From an uncultured Isosphaeraceae bacterium (GTDB taxonomy: Bacteria; Planctomycetota; Phycisphaerae; Phycisphaerales; SM1A02), in assembly GCA_964474235.1 (NCBI GenBank), contig CAYYRP010000010.1, positions 4,934-68,933 on the forward strand: a stretch of DNA of 64,000 nucleotides, given 5' to 3'. This document shows positions 37,346 through 46,539 of the stretch, in pieces; the stretch's first letter is position 1; every line of letters starts with the position of its first letter. The notes beneath the pieces were generated by a model. It saw only the letters and a list, made by a program, of their open reading frames with translations, was not told where the DNA came from and searched no databases. Position numbers and translations under genes: made by a program.

Positions 37346-38026
37346 ATGATCGCCATTCACGCCTACCGCAAGGCTCTCATCCCAATGTCAACAACTATTC
37401 TTATCACTGCAGGAGCCACAAGGGAGCAAATCGACCCCGTCAGGTTTCTCGGAAACCGCTCTTCTGGGCATCTTGGATGCCAACTTGCCCTCGCTTCGGC
37501 AATTGCTGGATTTCAAACCACTCTTCTTTTAGGATCAGGCAGTCAAAGACCCACTTGCCATCCTCGGCTTCAAACACACACTTTTATTTCCACGCGTGAT
37601 CTTGAAGCGCTCATCCATCAACACTGGCCGAGCCACAAATATCTCATTATGGCGGCTGCAGTTGCAGACTTCACACCAATAGGCGGACCGAGCCAAGAAA
37701 AAATCCACCGTAAAGCAGAAATGACGCTCGAGTTTGTCCCAACACAAGATCTTGTTGCGGGCGCTGCGAACAATGCAAGGGACGATCAAAAAATTATTGC
37801 CTTTGCTCTCGGTGATCCCAAAACACTAGAGCAGGTCGCCAAACAAAAATTAGAACGCAAAGGCGTCGATGCAATTGTTTCAAATCCACTACAAACGATG
37901 GGCGCACCAACTATTTCAGCTGCGGTGTATTGCAAAGACGGCAGAACATTTTCACCGCCTACGCACTGCACAAAATCTGCATTCGGCATTTGGCTTATTG
38001 AAAACATAAAGGAAATCAGTCAATGA
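37346..38026 (+). CDS. coaB: phosphopantothenate-cysteine ligase (stand-alone CoaB domain)
   Basis: ILITAGATREQIDPVRFLGNRSSGHLGCQLALA matches the CoaB half of Dfp. There is no CoaC flavoprotein half. The start may be the Met at 37385. Confidence 0.75.
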   Translation: MIAIHAYRKALIPMSTTILITAGATREQIDPVRFLGNRSSGHLGCQLALASAIAGFQTTLLLGSGSQRPTCHPRLQTHTFISTRDLEALIHQHWPSHKYLIMAAAVADFTPIGGPSQEKIHRKAEMTLEFVPTQDLVAGAANNARDDQKIIAFALGDPKTLEQVAKQKLERKGVDAIVSNPLQTMGAPTISAAVYCKDGRTFSPPTHCTKSAFGIWLIENIKEISQ

Positions 38027-39138
38027 TCGCGCCCTTACTCATAACAGTATTTTGTCTGCCACCTGTGTTCACACCAGAACAACGCACACTGATTGAATCA
38101 ATGGCGAACCCTGCGATTGAACCTGATCCAACAAACGCGTATGAACAAAATGAACAAGCAGCGAAGATTGGGCAACAGATCTTTTTTGATCCACAGTTTT
38201 CATCAAACGGTGAAGTTTCGTGTGCAACTTGCCATAAACCTGAATTATATTTTACCGATGGTAAAGCGGTTTCCACAGGAATTTCCGCAGTTACGCGGAA
38301 TACACCTACAGTACTGAACGCCGCCCATCAACGCTGGTTTTTTTGGGATGGGCGGACAGACACATTGTGGGGGCAACCAATTCAAACATTTGAACATCCT
38401 GCAGAGATGGGTGCTGATCGAAATGACATTGCAAATAAAATGACAACCGACCCTGTCTACGCAACACTCTGGAAAGAAGTCTTTGGTGACACAAAAAATG
38501 TGTCTGTTGATGCTACCGCAGCAAATGTAGCAAAAAGCCTTGCTGCATACCAAACAAAATTAGTAGCGCTCAATTCACCTTTTGATCGGTTTGCACTCGG
38601 CGAGCAAGATGCAATGAGTGAATCTGCGCAGCGCGGTTTGCAATTTTTTATTGGCGAAGGCGGATGTTTACGATGTCATTTTGGACCGTGGTTCACCGAT
38701 GGCGCCTTCCATACAGTTGGAGTAGGACCACTTGACGGCGGCGCGTTGCGCGATGCAGGTAGATTTGACGCAATCGAAAAATTACAAACAGCAAAGTTTA
38801 CTGCTGGAAGTGAACAAAGCGACGACAGGCTTGGTACACGCGCAGTTATTTCTAAACACATCGCTCGCCGCCGTGAAGATTGGGGCGCGTTTCGAACACC
38901 AAGTTTACGCAACGTAGCTAAGACCCCTCCGTACATGCATGCTGGGCAACTTCCTTCCCTCGAAGATGTCGTTGAACATTACTCCACTCTTGATAATTTC
39001 GTAACTGCTGACCACCACCGAGAAACAATCCTCGTCCCGCTAGAACTCGACACGCAGGGCAAAGCCGACCTCATTGCGTTCCTCAAATCCCTCACAGGAA
39101 CACTCCCCCCAGATCACCTCCTTGCCCCAATAAACTAA
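38023..39138 (+). CDS. di-heme cytochrome c peroxidase (CCP/MauG family)
   Basis: Two CxxCH motifs (CATCHKPELYFTDG and CLRCHFGPWFTDG) and a conserved PSLRNVAKTPPYMHAG. Its start overlaps the coaB stop as ATGA. Confidence 0.85.
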   Translation: MIAPLLITVFCLPPVFTPEQRTLIESMANPAIEPDPTNAYEQNEQAAKIGQQIFFDPQFSSNGEVSCATCHKPELYFTDGKAVSTGISAVTRNTPTVLNAAHQRWFFWDGRTDTLWGQPIQTFEHPAEMGADRNDIANKMTTDPVYATLWKEVFGDTKNVSVDATAANVAKSLAAYQTKLVALNSPFDRFALGEQDAMSESAQRGLQFFIGEGGCLRCHFGPWFTDGAFHTVGVGPLDGGALRDAGRFDAIEKLQTAKFTAGSEQSDDRLGTRAVISKHIARRREDWGAFRTPSLRNVAKTPPYMHAGQLPSLEDVVEHYSTLDNFVTADHHRETILVPLELDTQGKADLIAFLKSLTGTLPPDHLLAPIN

Positions 39139-39151
39139 CCGCGGTTAGTTT
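39132..39151. terminator. perfect 20-nt palindrome (REP-related), probably a bidirectional terminator
   Basis: aaactaaccgcggttagttt is followed by ttttt. It lies between the convergent peroxidase stop (39138) and the lipoprotein stop (39153). Confidence 0.6.
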
Positions 39152-39152
39152 T

Positions 39153-39530
39153 TTAGGGTTTCAAATACAATGGAACCTGTGCTCGCTCGATAATATCGCT
39201 CTCGTAGCGAATATCGAAGTAAATTTCCCAATCTCCGGGCATATGAAGCAACATCCCAGTCGTGAGAAATGATCCATCAGGCTGTTTTGTAGTTTTTGGA
39301 TCGGTCATCATGCCATGCCCATGTGCGGGCATTGCTGCGTCGACACGCAAAGAATCAACTTTGTCTTCACCATCCACCCAAGTAGTGATCTCAAACACTT
39401 CGTTGAGCGGCATCTCGTTCGGCGTTGGGGTAAAGGACACTGCCCAATGTTGCGCATTACTCGTAACTTGATGTTTCGCCGTTGCACAGCCAGTAAGTAA
39501 GGGGAGTATTAAGAGACTATTTTTTATCAT
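39153..39530 (-). CDS. YtkA/FixH-like lipoprotein with a His/Met-rich motif
   Basis: The start at 39530 gives MIKNSLLILPLLTGC (lipobox). AAMPAHGHGMMTDPKTTKQPDGSFLTTGMLLHMPGDWEIYFDI resembles YtkA-like domains. Confidence 0.45.
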   Translation of the reverse strand: MIKNSLLILPLLTGCATAKHQVTSNAQHWAVSFTPTPNEMPLNEVFEITTWVDGEDKVDSLRVDAAMPAHGHGMMTDPKTTKQPDGSFLTTGMLLHMPGDWEIYFDIRYESDIIERAQVPLYLKP

Positions 39531-40890
39531 TTTTGTTTGTCCAAAATCTACCCCGACCAAAAGTTACGAGCCACGTACCATCTTGTGCATACATTTGCGC
39601 CCGATGGTTCCCCCAATCCACGACAACGATTTTTTTATCCTCTAATACAGTGATGCCCGCAGGCTTATTCATTTGATGTGGATCAAATCCTTTTTCACCA
39701 AACGTAAGGAGCAATTTACCATCGGGCGAAAAACGCTTGATATGCGACGCCCCAATATCAGAAACAAGAATGTTTCCGTTTTCTTCAATCGCAATACCTT
39801 GCGGTTCAACGAAACCAGTGATTGTTGCCAATATTTCAAAATCTTCTGTCGACAACAATTGAACAGATTCGGCAACACGATCAACTGCCCACATTGTCTT
39901 TCCATCAGCTGCTACAGCAATATCTGTTGCACTTGGCATCACCTTGTCACGATCAAATGGGCCAACAAAACACTGGTTACTAACAGATTGCTGAAACTTC
40001 ACCATTCCCGGAATCGCACGCATGTTACTTTCTCGATCATGTTCAAATGTAAATGTCTTCAAACTACCATTCCCAATCGCTTTCACAACTCCATCGCCAA
40101 TCCACAATCCATCTATCCAATTGAATTGATGCGGAGCATCTCCCTCTCCTCCAAAACGAGTGAGTTGAATTGGAACTTCCAAACCCGTGCGAAACAAATA
40201 AATGTCACCGAGTTCAGGTTCTGCAATAACAATGAGATCACCATACGAATCGATATGCTTTCCAAAGTGCGCAATGTTTGTTATTGGCGGCGGTGCTTGT
40301 AGTTCACCTTCACCGAGTTTAAAAATTTGAATACGCCCCTCAAATCCTTCGCAAACAATGATTCGTTTCCCATCACGAGTGAGCGAAACAGAATCTGGAT
40401 AATGCAATTTTCCTTTTCCTTCGTGGGGCAACACCGCATGGGTCCCCCATTTTCCAATCCATTTTCCTGTTTCATCAAAATGGTGAATTGCATGCCCAAG
40501 TCGATCAGGAACAATCCAACCAAAATCTGTTTTCGCACCAACTCCTGGGGTTCTCAATTCGACACCAGACCAAGCAGGGAATAGCGTTGGAACAGAATCA
40601 ACGACGAGTTCACCATCGACAACAGAAAGATGCATCGGCGCATCATGCGCACCTTCCAAAAGCCCAACTCGATTACCTTCGCTGTCAAGAAGGATGACTT
40701 GGTCAGCCATCCGATCCGCGACCGCGAACCCACCCGTTGGCAATTCGATCGCATGTACAGGTTCAAGAAAACCGTCTATTTGTTGGACAAACCTGCCGAG
40801 TGGTGCGGCAAGTGTAATAAGTAATAAAGGGGAGATGATCATCACAACACTGTACACGACAGAGCGGGTATTCTGTGCCCCCTTATTCAT
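39517..40890 (-). CDS. NHL-repeat beta-propeller protein (exported)
   Basis: Repeated blades with P.GIAV../..V.D..N.R.Q.F patterns, for example PAGITVLEDKKIVVVDWGNHRAQMY and PQGIAIEENGNILVSDIGASHIKRF. The N-terminus has a TM/signal segment. Confidence 0.7.
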   Translation of the reverse strand: MNKGAQNTRSVVYSVVMIISPLLLITLAAPLGRFVQQIDGFLEPVHAIELPTGGFAVADRMADQVILLDSEGNRVGLLEGAHDAPMHLSVVDGELVVDSVPTLFPAWSGVELRTPGVGAKTDFGWIVPDRLGHAIHHFDETGKWIGKWGTHAVLPHEGKGKLHYPDSVSLTRDGKRIIVCEGFEGRIQIFKLGEGELQAPPPITNIAHFGKHIDSYGDLIVIAEPELGDIYLFRTGLEVPIQLTRFGGEGDAPHQFNWIDGLWIGDGVVKAIGNGSLKTFTFEHDRESNMRAIPGMVKFQQSVSNQCFVGPFDRDKVMPSATDIAVAADGKTMWAVDRVAESVQLLSTEDFEILATITGFVEPQGIAIEENGNILVSDIGASHIKRFSPDGKLLLTFGEKGFDPHQMNKPAGITVLEDKKIVVVDWGNHRAQMYAQDGTWLVTFGRGRFWTNKNDKK

Positions 40891-40891
40891 T

Positions 40892-42349
40892 ATGCAACAA
40901 AATCAGTACAAAAAATCAAAAGCCCCGATTGCCATATTTACGCTCATCATTGCACTCGGCATTGCTGGCTGGCTCGGATGGTTCCTCGCAGGACATCATG
41001 ATGGACATGCCGCTCACCATGAACAGCACATGCCTCACCTTTGGTACGTTGGCATTCTTCCATTTGTCGCGATCCTTGGTGCAGTCGCCGTATTCCCACT
41101 TCTTAACTTTACAAGACACTGGTGGGAATACAACATCAATCGCTTTTTTATTGCGATGTGTTGCTCTGCAGCGACAATTGGATACATGATCTTCACTTCG
41201 GGCGGCGAGTCAATTGGTCCGATGCTTGATCACTCAATCATGAAAGATTTTATCCCTTTCATTGTGTTACTTTTTAGTTTGTATGTCATCAGTGGTGGAA
41301 TTTATCTCAGCGGCGACCTGGCAGCATCTCCAAAAGTAAACACAACGTTCCTTGCAATCGGCGCAGGAATAGCAAGTTTTATTGGAACAACTGGCGCGAG
41401 CATGTTATTGATTCGCCCACTTCTTAAAACAAACTCTCAACGCAAATACAAAGTGCACACAATAGTAGTCTTTATTTTCTTGGTGAGTAATATTGGGGGT
41501 ACGTTGCTACCGATTGGTGACCCCCCATTATTCCTTGGTTATTTACGCGGCGTTCCGTTTATGTGGACACTTGGGCTGTGGCCAATGTGGGCGACTGCTT
41601 GCGGAATTTTACTCGTCGTGTATTTCGTTTGGGATTCAATGTTGTACAGAAAAGAATCTTCGAAAGATCACAAGCTCGACGAATCAAAACATCAGCCTCT
41701 CCGGCTCCAAGGCGGCATCAACTTTCTTTGGATCGGGGGTATCGTTGCGACTGCGGCACTCGTTGATAGCGCCAAACCATTCGTAGGTACCGACTGGGTC
41801 CCGTTCCCGTGTTGCCGTGAACTCATCATGTTGTTTTTCGTCGTGCTTTCACTTAAAACAACAGCAGAAGCAATACACAAAGCAAACAACTTTACATACG
41901 CAGCGATTCTTGAAGTTGCAGCATTATTTTCTGGAATTTTCATCGCAATGCAAGTACCACTCGCTGTTCTTGAAGCTAGCGGAAAAACAATCACCGCTAC
42001 TATGAATCAACCGTGGCATTTCTTTTGGTCAACGGGAACTTTATCAAGTTTTCTTGATAACGCGCCGACGTACGTTGTGTTCTTTAAACTTTCGCAATCA
42101 CTTCCAGAGGGTGAAATGCTAGCAGTAAACAACGGGAGTGTTCCTGTTCTGTTGCTGATCGCAGTTAGTCTTGGCTCTGTATTTATGGGTGCTATGACGT
42201 ACATTGGCAATGGACCGAACTTTATGGTGAAAGCTATTGCTGAACAGGAAGGCGTCGAAATGCCATCTTTCTTTGGATTTATGTTCAAATACAGCATTCC
42301 TGTACTGGTTCCAATTTTTCTTTTAATTACGATTTTCTTCCTACTCTAA
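40892..42349 (+). CDS. ArsB/NhaD-superfamily ion transporter (putative sodium:proton antiporter or CitMHS-like permease)
   Basis: About 485 aa and highly hydrophobic, with 10 or more TM segments. The start is set to the ATG at 40892 (MQQNQYKKSKAPIAIFTLII) because the ORF-track extension overlaps the NHL gene. Confidence 0.5.
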   Translation: MQQNQYKKSKAPIAIFTLIIALGIAGWLGWFLAGHHDGHAAHHEQHMPHLWYVGILPFVAILGAVAVFPLLNFTRHWWEYNINRFFIAMCCSAATIGYMIFTSGGESIGPMLDHSIMKDFIPFIVLLFSLYVISGGIYLSGDLAASPKVNTTFLAIGAGIASFIGTTGASMLLIRPLLKTNSQRKYKVHTIVVFIFLVSNIGGTLLPIGDPPLFLGYLRGVPFMWTLGLWPMWATACGILLVVYFVWDSMLYRKESSKDHKLDESKHQPLRLQGGINFLWIGGIVATAALVDSAKPFVGTDWVPFPCCRELIMLFFVVLSLKTTAEAIHKANNFTYAAILEVAALFSGIFIAMQVPLAVLEASGKTITATMNQPWHFFWSTGTLSSFLDNAPTYVVFFKLSQSLPEGEMLAVNNGSVPVLLLIAVSLGSVFMGAMTYIGNGPNFMVKAIAEQEGVEMPSFFGFMFKYSIPVLVPIFLLITIFFLL

Positions 42350-42361
42350 GGAGGCCCTGCA

Positions 42362-43189
42362 ATGATCAAACGAATTCTAGTCGCACTCAGTGGAACACCA
42401 TGCACGCAATCTGCAATTGCACATGGTGTCGAACTTGCAAAAGTACATGATGCAGAACTCTCTGGTGTTACAGTGATCGACCCTGATCGGTTGCACGATG
42501 TTGGACCCATTCCAATCGGCGGCGCAGCAGCAGCGCACGAACTTGGCGAGCATCGAATGCGATTGGCAACAGAACATATCGAAGAGGCGATCGGGCAATT
42601 TGAAAAAGCGTGCGGTGAAGCTGGTGTATCGAATCGAGTGCTCAAAGAATCCGGAGACAGTGCCCAGCGTTTACTTGCTGATTGGCGCTATCACGATCTC
42701 ACTGTGATTGGTTTACGAGGTTTGTTTGAATACGGCGTGTTGCACGATCATGGGCACCTTGTCCTTGATGTCATTGGCGCTGGGCTCCGTCCACTGCTTG
42801 CAGTCAGCGAAGTACACCGACCAATTCATTCTGCGATGATTGCCTACGAAGGATCTGCTCTTTCTGCTAGAGCGATGAAAGCGTTTTGCATGCTTGGCAT
42901 TTGGAAACCGATGCCAGTGACTGTCGCGTGTTTTAAAGGTCAAGATGGCGATCCTGAAGAATTACTCAGAGACGCCGCTTCCTATCTCGACGCTCATACA
43001 TTTGCTGCAACGAAGAAACGAGTTGAAGAGAAGCCTCGGAATGCAATTCTTGACACAATGGAATCATGCGACGCAGACTTGTTGGTGATGGGGGCAGCAA
43101 AACGAACTCGAATAGGCCGCAAAATGCTCGGAGATACAGCAAGGTTCGCGTTAGAAAATTCAACACAGCCAATTTTCCTGCATCACTAG
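42362..43189 (+). CDS. tandem universal stress protein (UspA) domain protein
   Basis: Two Usp halves (MIKRILVALSG... and ...ADLLVMGAAKRTRIGRKMLGDTARFALENSTQPIFLHH). Confidence 0.8.
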   Translation: MIKRILVALSGTPCTQSAIAHGVELAKVHDAELSGVTVIDPDRLHDVGPIPIGGAAAAHELGEHRMRLATEHIEEAIGQFEKACGEAGVSNRVLKESGDSAQRLLADWRYHDLTVIGLRGLFEYGVLHDHGHLVLDVIGAGLRPLLAVSEVHRPIHSAMIAYEGSALSARAMKAFCMLGIWKPMPVTVACFKGQDGDPEELLRDAASYLDAHTFAATKKRVEEKPRNAILDTMESCDADLLVMGAAKRTRIGRKMLGDTARFALENSTQPIFLHH

Positions 43190-43204
43190 CGGTACAATTC
43201 TATT

Positions 43205-43399
43205 GTGATTACTATGAATGGGAAAAAAATTGAATTTGACACTGTTTTGTTGAGCGACTTACTCGTGCAGATGGAGTTATCTAATCAATTGTGTGCTGTG
43301 GAAGTAAACAAAAAACTCGTGCCTCATAAAGAAAGAGATTCGTACAAACTGCAAGACGGTGACGAGGTTGAAATAGTCACACTTGTAGGCGGAGGATAA
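43205..43399 (+). CDS. thiS: sulfur carrier protein ThiS
   Basis: 64 aa ending in ...[14 protein letters not shown] (C-terminal GG). It lies immediately upstream of thiG. Confidence 0.85.
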   Translation: MITMNGKKIEFDTVLLSDLLVQMELSNQLCAVEVNKKLVPHKERDSYKLQDGDEVEIVTLVGGG

Positions 43400-43403
43400 A
43401 GAG

Positions 43404-44249
43404 ATGACAACAATAACAACCAATGCTATACCACCCCTGCAACTTCAAGATGTCACTTTGACAAGTAGGCTCGTTGTTGGAACAGGAAAATATTCTGATT
43501 ACGAAACAATGCAAGCAGCACTTGATGCGAGCGGGTGCTCAGCTGTTACTGTTGCTGTTCGCAGGGAACGACTTGTTGACAGCGAAGGTCGCTCAATTTT
43601 AGATTTCATCGATTGTGACAAGTACACAATTCTTCCAAATACGGCTGGTTGTTTTACTGCAGAAGATGCTATACGGGTCGCAAGACTTGGAAGAGATATT
43701 CTCGAACAACTACAAAATGCAGGCAGCAGTTGGGTAAAACTTGAAGTACTCGGCGACAAAACAACATTATTGCCTGATCCTGTTGGCACATTAGAAGCGT
43801 GCAAAGAATTGGTTGCCGATGGTTTTTCGGTAATGTGCTATTCAAGCGATGATCCGATTATGGCAACTCGTATACGTGATGCTGGCGCTACTTGCGTCAT
43901 GCCTGCGGGAAGCCCAATTGGAACAGGTCGCGGGGTTGCGAATCCTTGCGCGATTCAGTTATGTATTGATTTGCTCAAAAAACCAGAACATGGGGGCGAT
44001 CCGAATTACCCCGTTATTGTTGACGCTGGCGTTGGCACGCCAAGCGATGTGACAGTTGCAATGGAACTCGGTGCTGATGGCGTCTTGCTCAATACTGGTA
44101 TTGCCCTTGCAACTGACCCTGTCCAAATGGCAACTGCGATGAAACTTGCCTGCGATGCCGGGTACCACGGGTACCGCGCTGGCCGTATTCCAAGGAAACT
44201 CCACGCAACGGCTTCATCCCCATGGGACGGCACCATCGCCGGCGAGTAA
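43404..44249 (+). CDS. thiG: thiazole synthase
   Basis: LVVGTGKY...ILPNTAGC...WVKLEVLGD...[13 protein letters not shown]...[13 protein letters not shown] is the characteristic ThiG pattern. Confidence 0.95.
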   Translation: MTTITTNAIPPLQLQDVTLTSRLVVGTGKYSDYETMQAALDASGCSAVTVAVRRERLVDSEGRSILDFIDCDKYTILPNTAGCFTAEDAIRVARLGRDILEQLQNAGSSWVKLEVLGDKTTLLPDPVGTLEACKELVADGFSVMCYSSDDPIMATRIRDAGATCVMPAGSPIGTGRGVANPCAIQLCIDLLKKPEHGGDPNYPVIVDAGVGTPSDVTVAMELGADGVLLNTGIALATDPVQMATAMKLACDAGYHGYRAGRIPRKLHATASSPWDGTIAGE

Positions 44250-44252
44250 TAG

Positions 44253-44310
44253 AAACAACCCCGCGGGTCGTTTATTTGTCGAGTAATAGAAACAACCCCG
44301 CGGGTTGTTT
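44253..44310. repeat. REP doublet (37-nt period), left flank of the RAYT gene
   Basis: The copies are aaacaaccccgcgggtcgttt and aaacaaccccgcgggttgttt. The 37-nt unit cgagtaatagaaacaaccccgcgggt(c/t)gtttattt is repeated and includes the last thiG codons and stop. Confidence 0.9.
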
Positions 44311-44312
44311 AT

Positions 44313-45062
44313 TTACAGTAAGGGTTGCTGGCCATCTGCAACGAGAACTTGAGGAATCGTCTTTGGCCTTCCAGGTTTTCTTGCCGTATGCTCTAATCCA
44401 TGCTCCTGTATCATCAAATCAATCCAATTGTCATCTCCAAAAGGTGCTCCCCGAGCAAGAGATATCTTCAATTTTTGCCGATCTTTGCGTGACATTTTCA
44501 TTTTTCGAAATAGCAAATCCGACAAGTCTCGGTGGTGCGGCTCCGGTCCCTCGTGTAGTTTGATATCAGATGAATAAGATTTATATTTTGCCCTTCGCGA
44601 TGATCCCCAACGCCATTGCCAAGGCTCCTGCACCAGGTTCGCTTTCACAGGATTCATAGAAAGATAATTGCGCAATTTATATAAATGCGGACCGGGGCTT
44701 ACAATAAACGCTTTAAATCTATCCTGATAGAGGGAACCCTCCCCGACTGTGCTAGTCGCTTCTCTCCAATTTTTAGCATGCGTATTACATAACCAACCCA
44801 TAAATTCAGAAAGTTTGGTTTTGTACTCGGGCCATGCGAGTAGATGAAAATGGTTTGGCATGAGAACCCATTCTAGAATTCTTAGATCAAATTTAGCAAT
44901 CGCTTGACCTAATAAATTTCTAAATTCAGAATAATCTTGTTCAGAAGTAAACAAAATTTGCCTATCTACGCGCCTGTTCAAAGCATGCACTACATGACCT
45001 GTAAAATCTGGACGTTTTTTTGTCATGCACGTCATTATTCCAAGGTTTTTGGCAACTCCCAA
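44313..45062 (-). CDS. REP-associated tyrosine transposase (RAYT; IS200/IS605 TnpA-like Y1 HUH enzyme)
   Basis: HUH motif in LMPNHFHLLAWP and a catalytic Tyr motif in LRNYLSMNPVKANLV. The N-terminal segment is HVVHALNRRVDRQILFTSEQDYSEF. It is flanked by REPs. The start is uncertain (M1, M10 or M13). Confidence 0.85.
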   Translation of the reverse strand: MGVAKNLGIMTCMTKKRPDFTGHVVHALNRRVDRQILFTSEQDYSEFRNLLGQAIAKFDLRILEWVLMPNHFHLLAWPEYKTKLSEFMGWLCNTHAKNWREATSTVGEGSLYQDRFKAFIVSPGPHLYKLRNYLSMNPVKANLVQEPWQWRWGSSRRAKYKSYSSDIKLHEGPEPHHRDLSDLLFRKMKMSRKDRQKLKISLARGAPFGDDNWIDLMIQEHGLEHTARKPGRPKTIPQVLVADGQQPLL

Positions 45063-45100
45063 ATAAACTGCCTTTTTTCTTGAAAATAAATAATATATTT

Positions 45101-45158
45101 AAACGACCCGCGGGGTTGTTTCTCAATTTTGACCATTAAACGACCCGCGGGGTTGTTT
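45101..45158. repeat. REP doublet (37-nt period), right flank of the RAYT gene
   Basis: Two copies of aaacgacccgcggggttgttt. The second is embedded in a 16-bp extended hairpin gaccattaaacgaccc-gcg-gggttgtttaatggtc (45131..45165) and contains the stop codon of the 45157..46527 gene. Confidence 0.9.
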
Positions 45159-46527
45159 AATGGTCGACGCGTAGGCCAAGGAGTGGGGAAACTTCAGCGA
45201 CACGGGCGGCAACGTTTTCTGGAGTTGCGGCTTCGAGGTTAAGCCGAAGGAGTGGCTCGGTATTTGACGCTCGCACATTGCACCACCAACCGCCGCAATC
45301 AACAGTCACGCCGTCGAGTCGATCAACGATTGCATCTGGAAATGCAGCAACAAGCATCGACATTGCTGCATCTTTGTCGTCAGCCTCAAAATTGATCTCA
45401 CCACTTTGTGCAAGTTGTTGGTGTGGCGTAATTTGTTCACTCATTGAGAGATCACTATTTGCAAGTGCAGTCACGACTGCTGCAAACGCCATCGCGCCGC
45501 TGTCTGCATAAAAATTGTCTCGGAAATAAAAATGACCTGAGAGCTCGCCACCAAATGGTGCATCATGTTCTGCCATTGCTTGTTTCATAAACACATGACC
45601 AACGCGGCTTCGAACCGAAGAACCGCCCGCTGCTTCGATTGCTTTTGCAACTGCATGGCTAGAACGAAGGTCATACACAATTGATCCGGATTCCTCATTT
45701 TCTAAAAACTTCGGCGCAAGCCAAGCAGTGATTAAATCACATCCAACAATATTGCCTCTCTCATCAACAACCATACATCTGTCAGCATCACCATCAAAAC
45801 AAATACCTAGATGGCAATCATGTTCTTTCACAGCGTCAATTGTCTGCTGCAAGTTAGCATCAACAAGTGGATTTGGTTCATGAACAAATGTACCTTTGTC
45901 ATTTTCAAAGTTGATTTCAACCAGTTCAAGCCCTTTGACATCGCTGAATAACCTCGGAACCATCGTTCCAGCCATGCCATTTGATGCGTCTACTGCTGCA
46001 CGAATAGTTATCTCGCCACTCTGTATTTTAGGATCAAGATACGTGAACACATGCTCTCTGTATGCATCCCACAAATCAATTGATTTTTCTGTCCCGCTGA
46101 CAACAGCAATTGTTGGGTGATCAGTATCCTCTGCCATCTTTTGAATCTTTTCTAAACCAGTGCCCATACCAACTGGTTTTGCTTTTGCTCTGCAAATTTT
46201 AAACCCGTTGTATTGCGAAGGATTATGTGATGCAGTTGTTTGAATCCCACCAATCGCGTCCAAATGATTTACCGCAAAAGCAATAAAAGGCGTATCAACT
46301 AAACCTACATCAATTACATCGCAACCTACTTCGAGCAATCCATCTTTTAATGCTGCTACAAGTGATGGGCTGCTCAATCGCATGTCGTGCCCAACAACCA
46401 TCGTCTTGGGACCATCTGCTTCTGCGAGCATGAGTCTACCTGTTGCCAAACCAATTTTTCGTGCCGTTTTCTCGCAAAGCGGATCTGGATACACCGCGCG
46501 AACGTCATAAGCTTTAAATACTGTCAT
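45157..46527 (-). CDS. phosphomannomutase/phosphoglucomutase
   Basis: Active-site GIQTTASHNPSQYNGFK, the metal loop FDGDADRC, and alpha-D-phosphohexomutase length (456 aa). Confidence 0.9.
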   Translation of the reverse strand: MTVFKAYDVRAVYPDPLCEKTARKIGLATGRLMLAEADGPKTMVVGHDMRLSSPSLVAALKDGLLEVGCDVIDVGLVDTPFIAFAVNHLDAIGGIQTTASHNPSQYNGFKICRAKAKPVGMGTGLEKIQKMAEDTDHPTIAVVSGTEKSIDLWDAYREHVFTYLDPKIQSGEITIRAAVDASNGMAGTMVPRLFSDVKGLELVEINFENDKGTFVHEPNPLVDANLQQTIDAVKEHDCHLGICFDGDADRCMVVDERGNIVGCDLITAWLAPKFLENEESGSIVYDLRSSHAVAKAIEAAGGSSVRSRVGHVFMKQAMAEHDAPFGGELSGHFYFRDNFYADSGAMAFAAVVTALANSDLSMSEQITPHQQLAQSGEINFEADDKDAAMSMLVAAFPDAIVDRLDGVTVDCGGWWCNVRASNTEPLLRLNLEAATPENVAARVAEVSPLLGLRVDH

Positions 46528-46539
46528 GCTGACATTCTA

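Larger units (their letters stand above)
44253..45158. mobile_element. REP-RAYT unit: an HUH/Y1 transposase gene flanked by two inverted REP doublets
   Basis: The left doublet (44253..44273 and 44290..44310) is in ccccgcggg orientation. The right doublet (45101..45121 and 45138..45158) is in cccgcgggg orientation. The RAYT gene lies between them. Confidence 0.85.

Noticed and set aside
38023-40890. Idea that the di-heme peroxidase, YtkA-like lipoprotein and NHL propeller form a dedicated redox/metal operon (MbnH/MbnP-like)
   Set aside because: The peroxidase is convergent to, not co-transcribed with, the other two genes. The lipoprotein is too small and unlike MbnP. The linkage is only positional, so it is not reported as a system.
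40694-40891. N-terminal extension of the transporter ORF 40694..42349
   Set aside because: It overlaps the 5' end of the NHL gene on the opposite strand and is not hydrophobic. The membrane protein plausibly starts at MQQNQYKK (40892).
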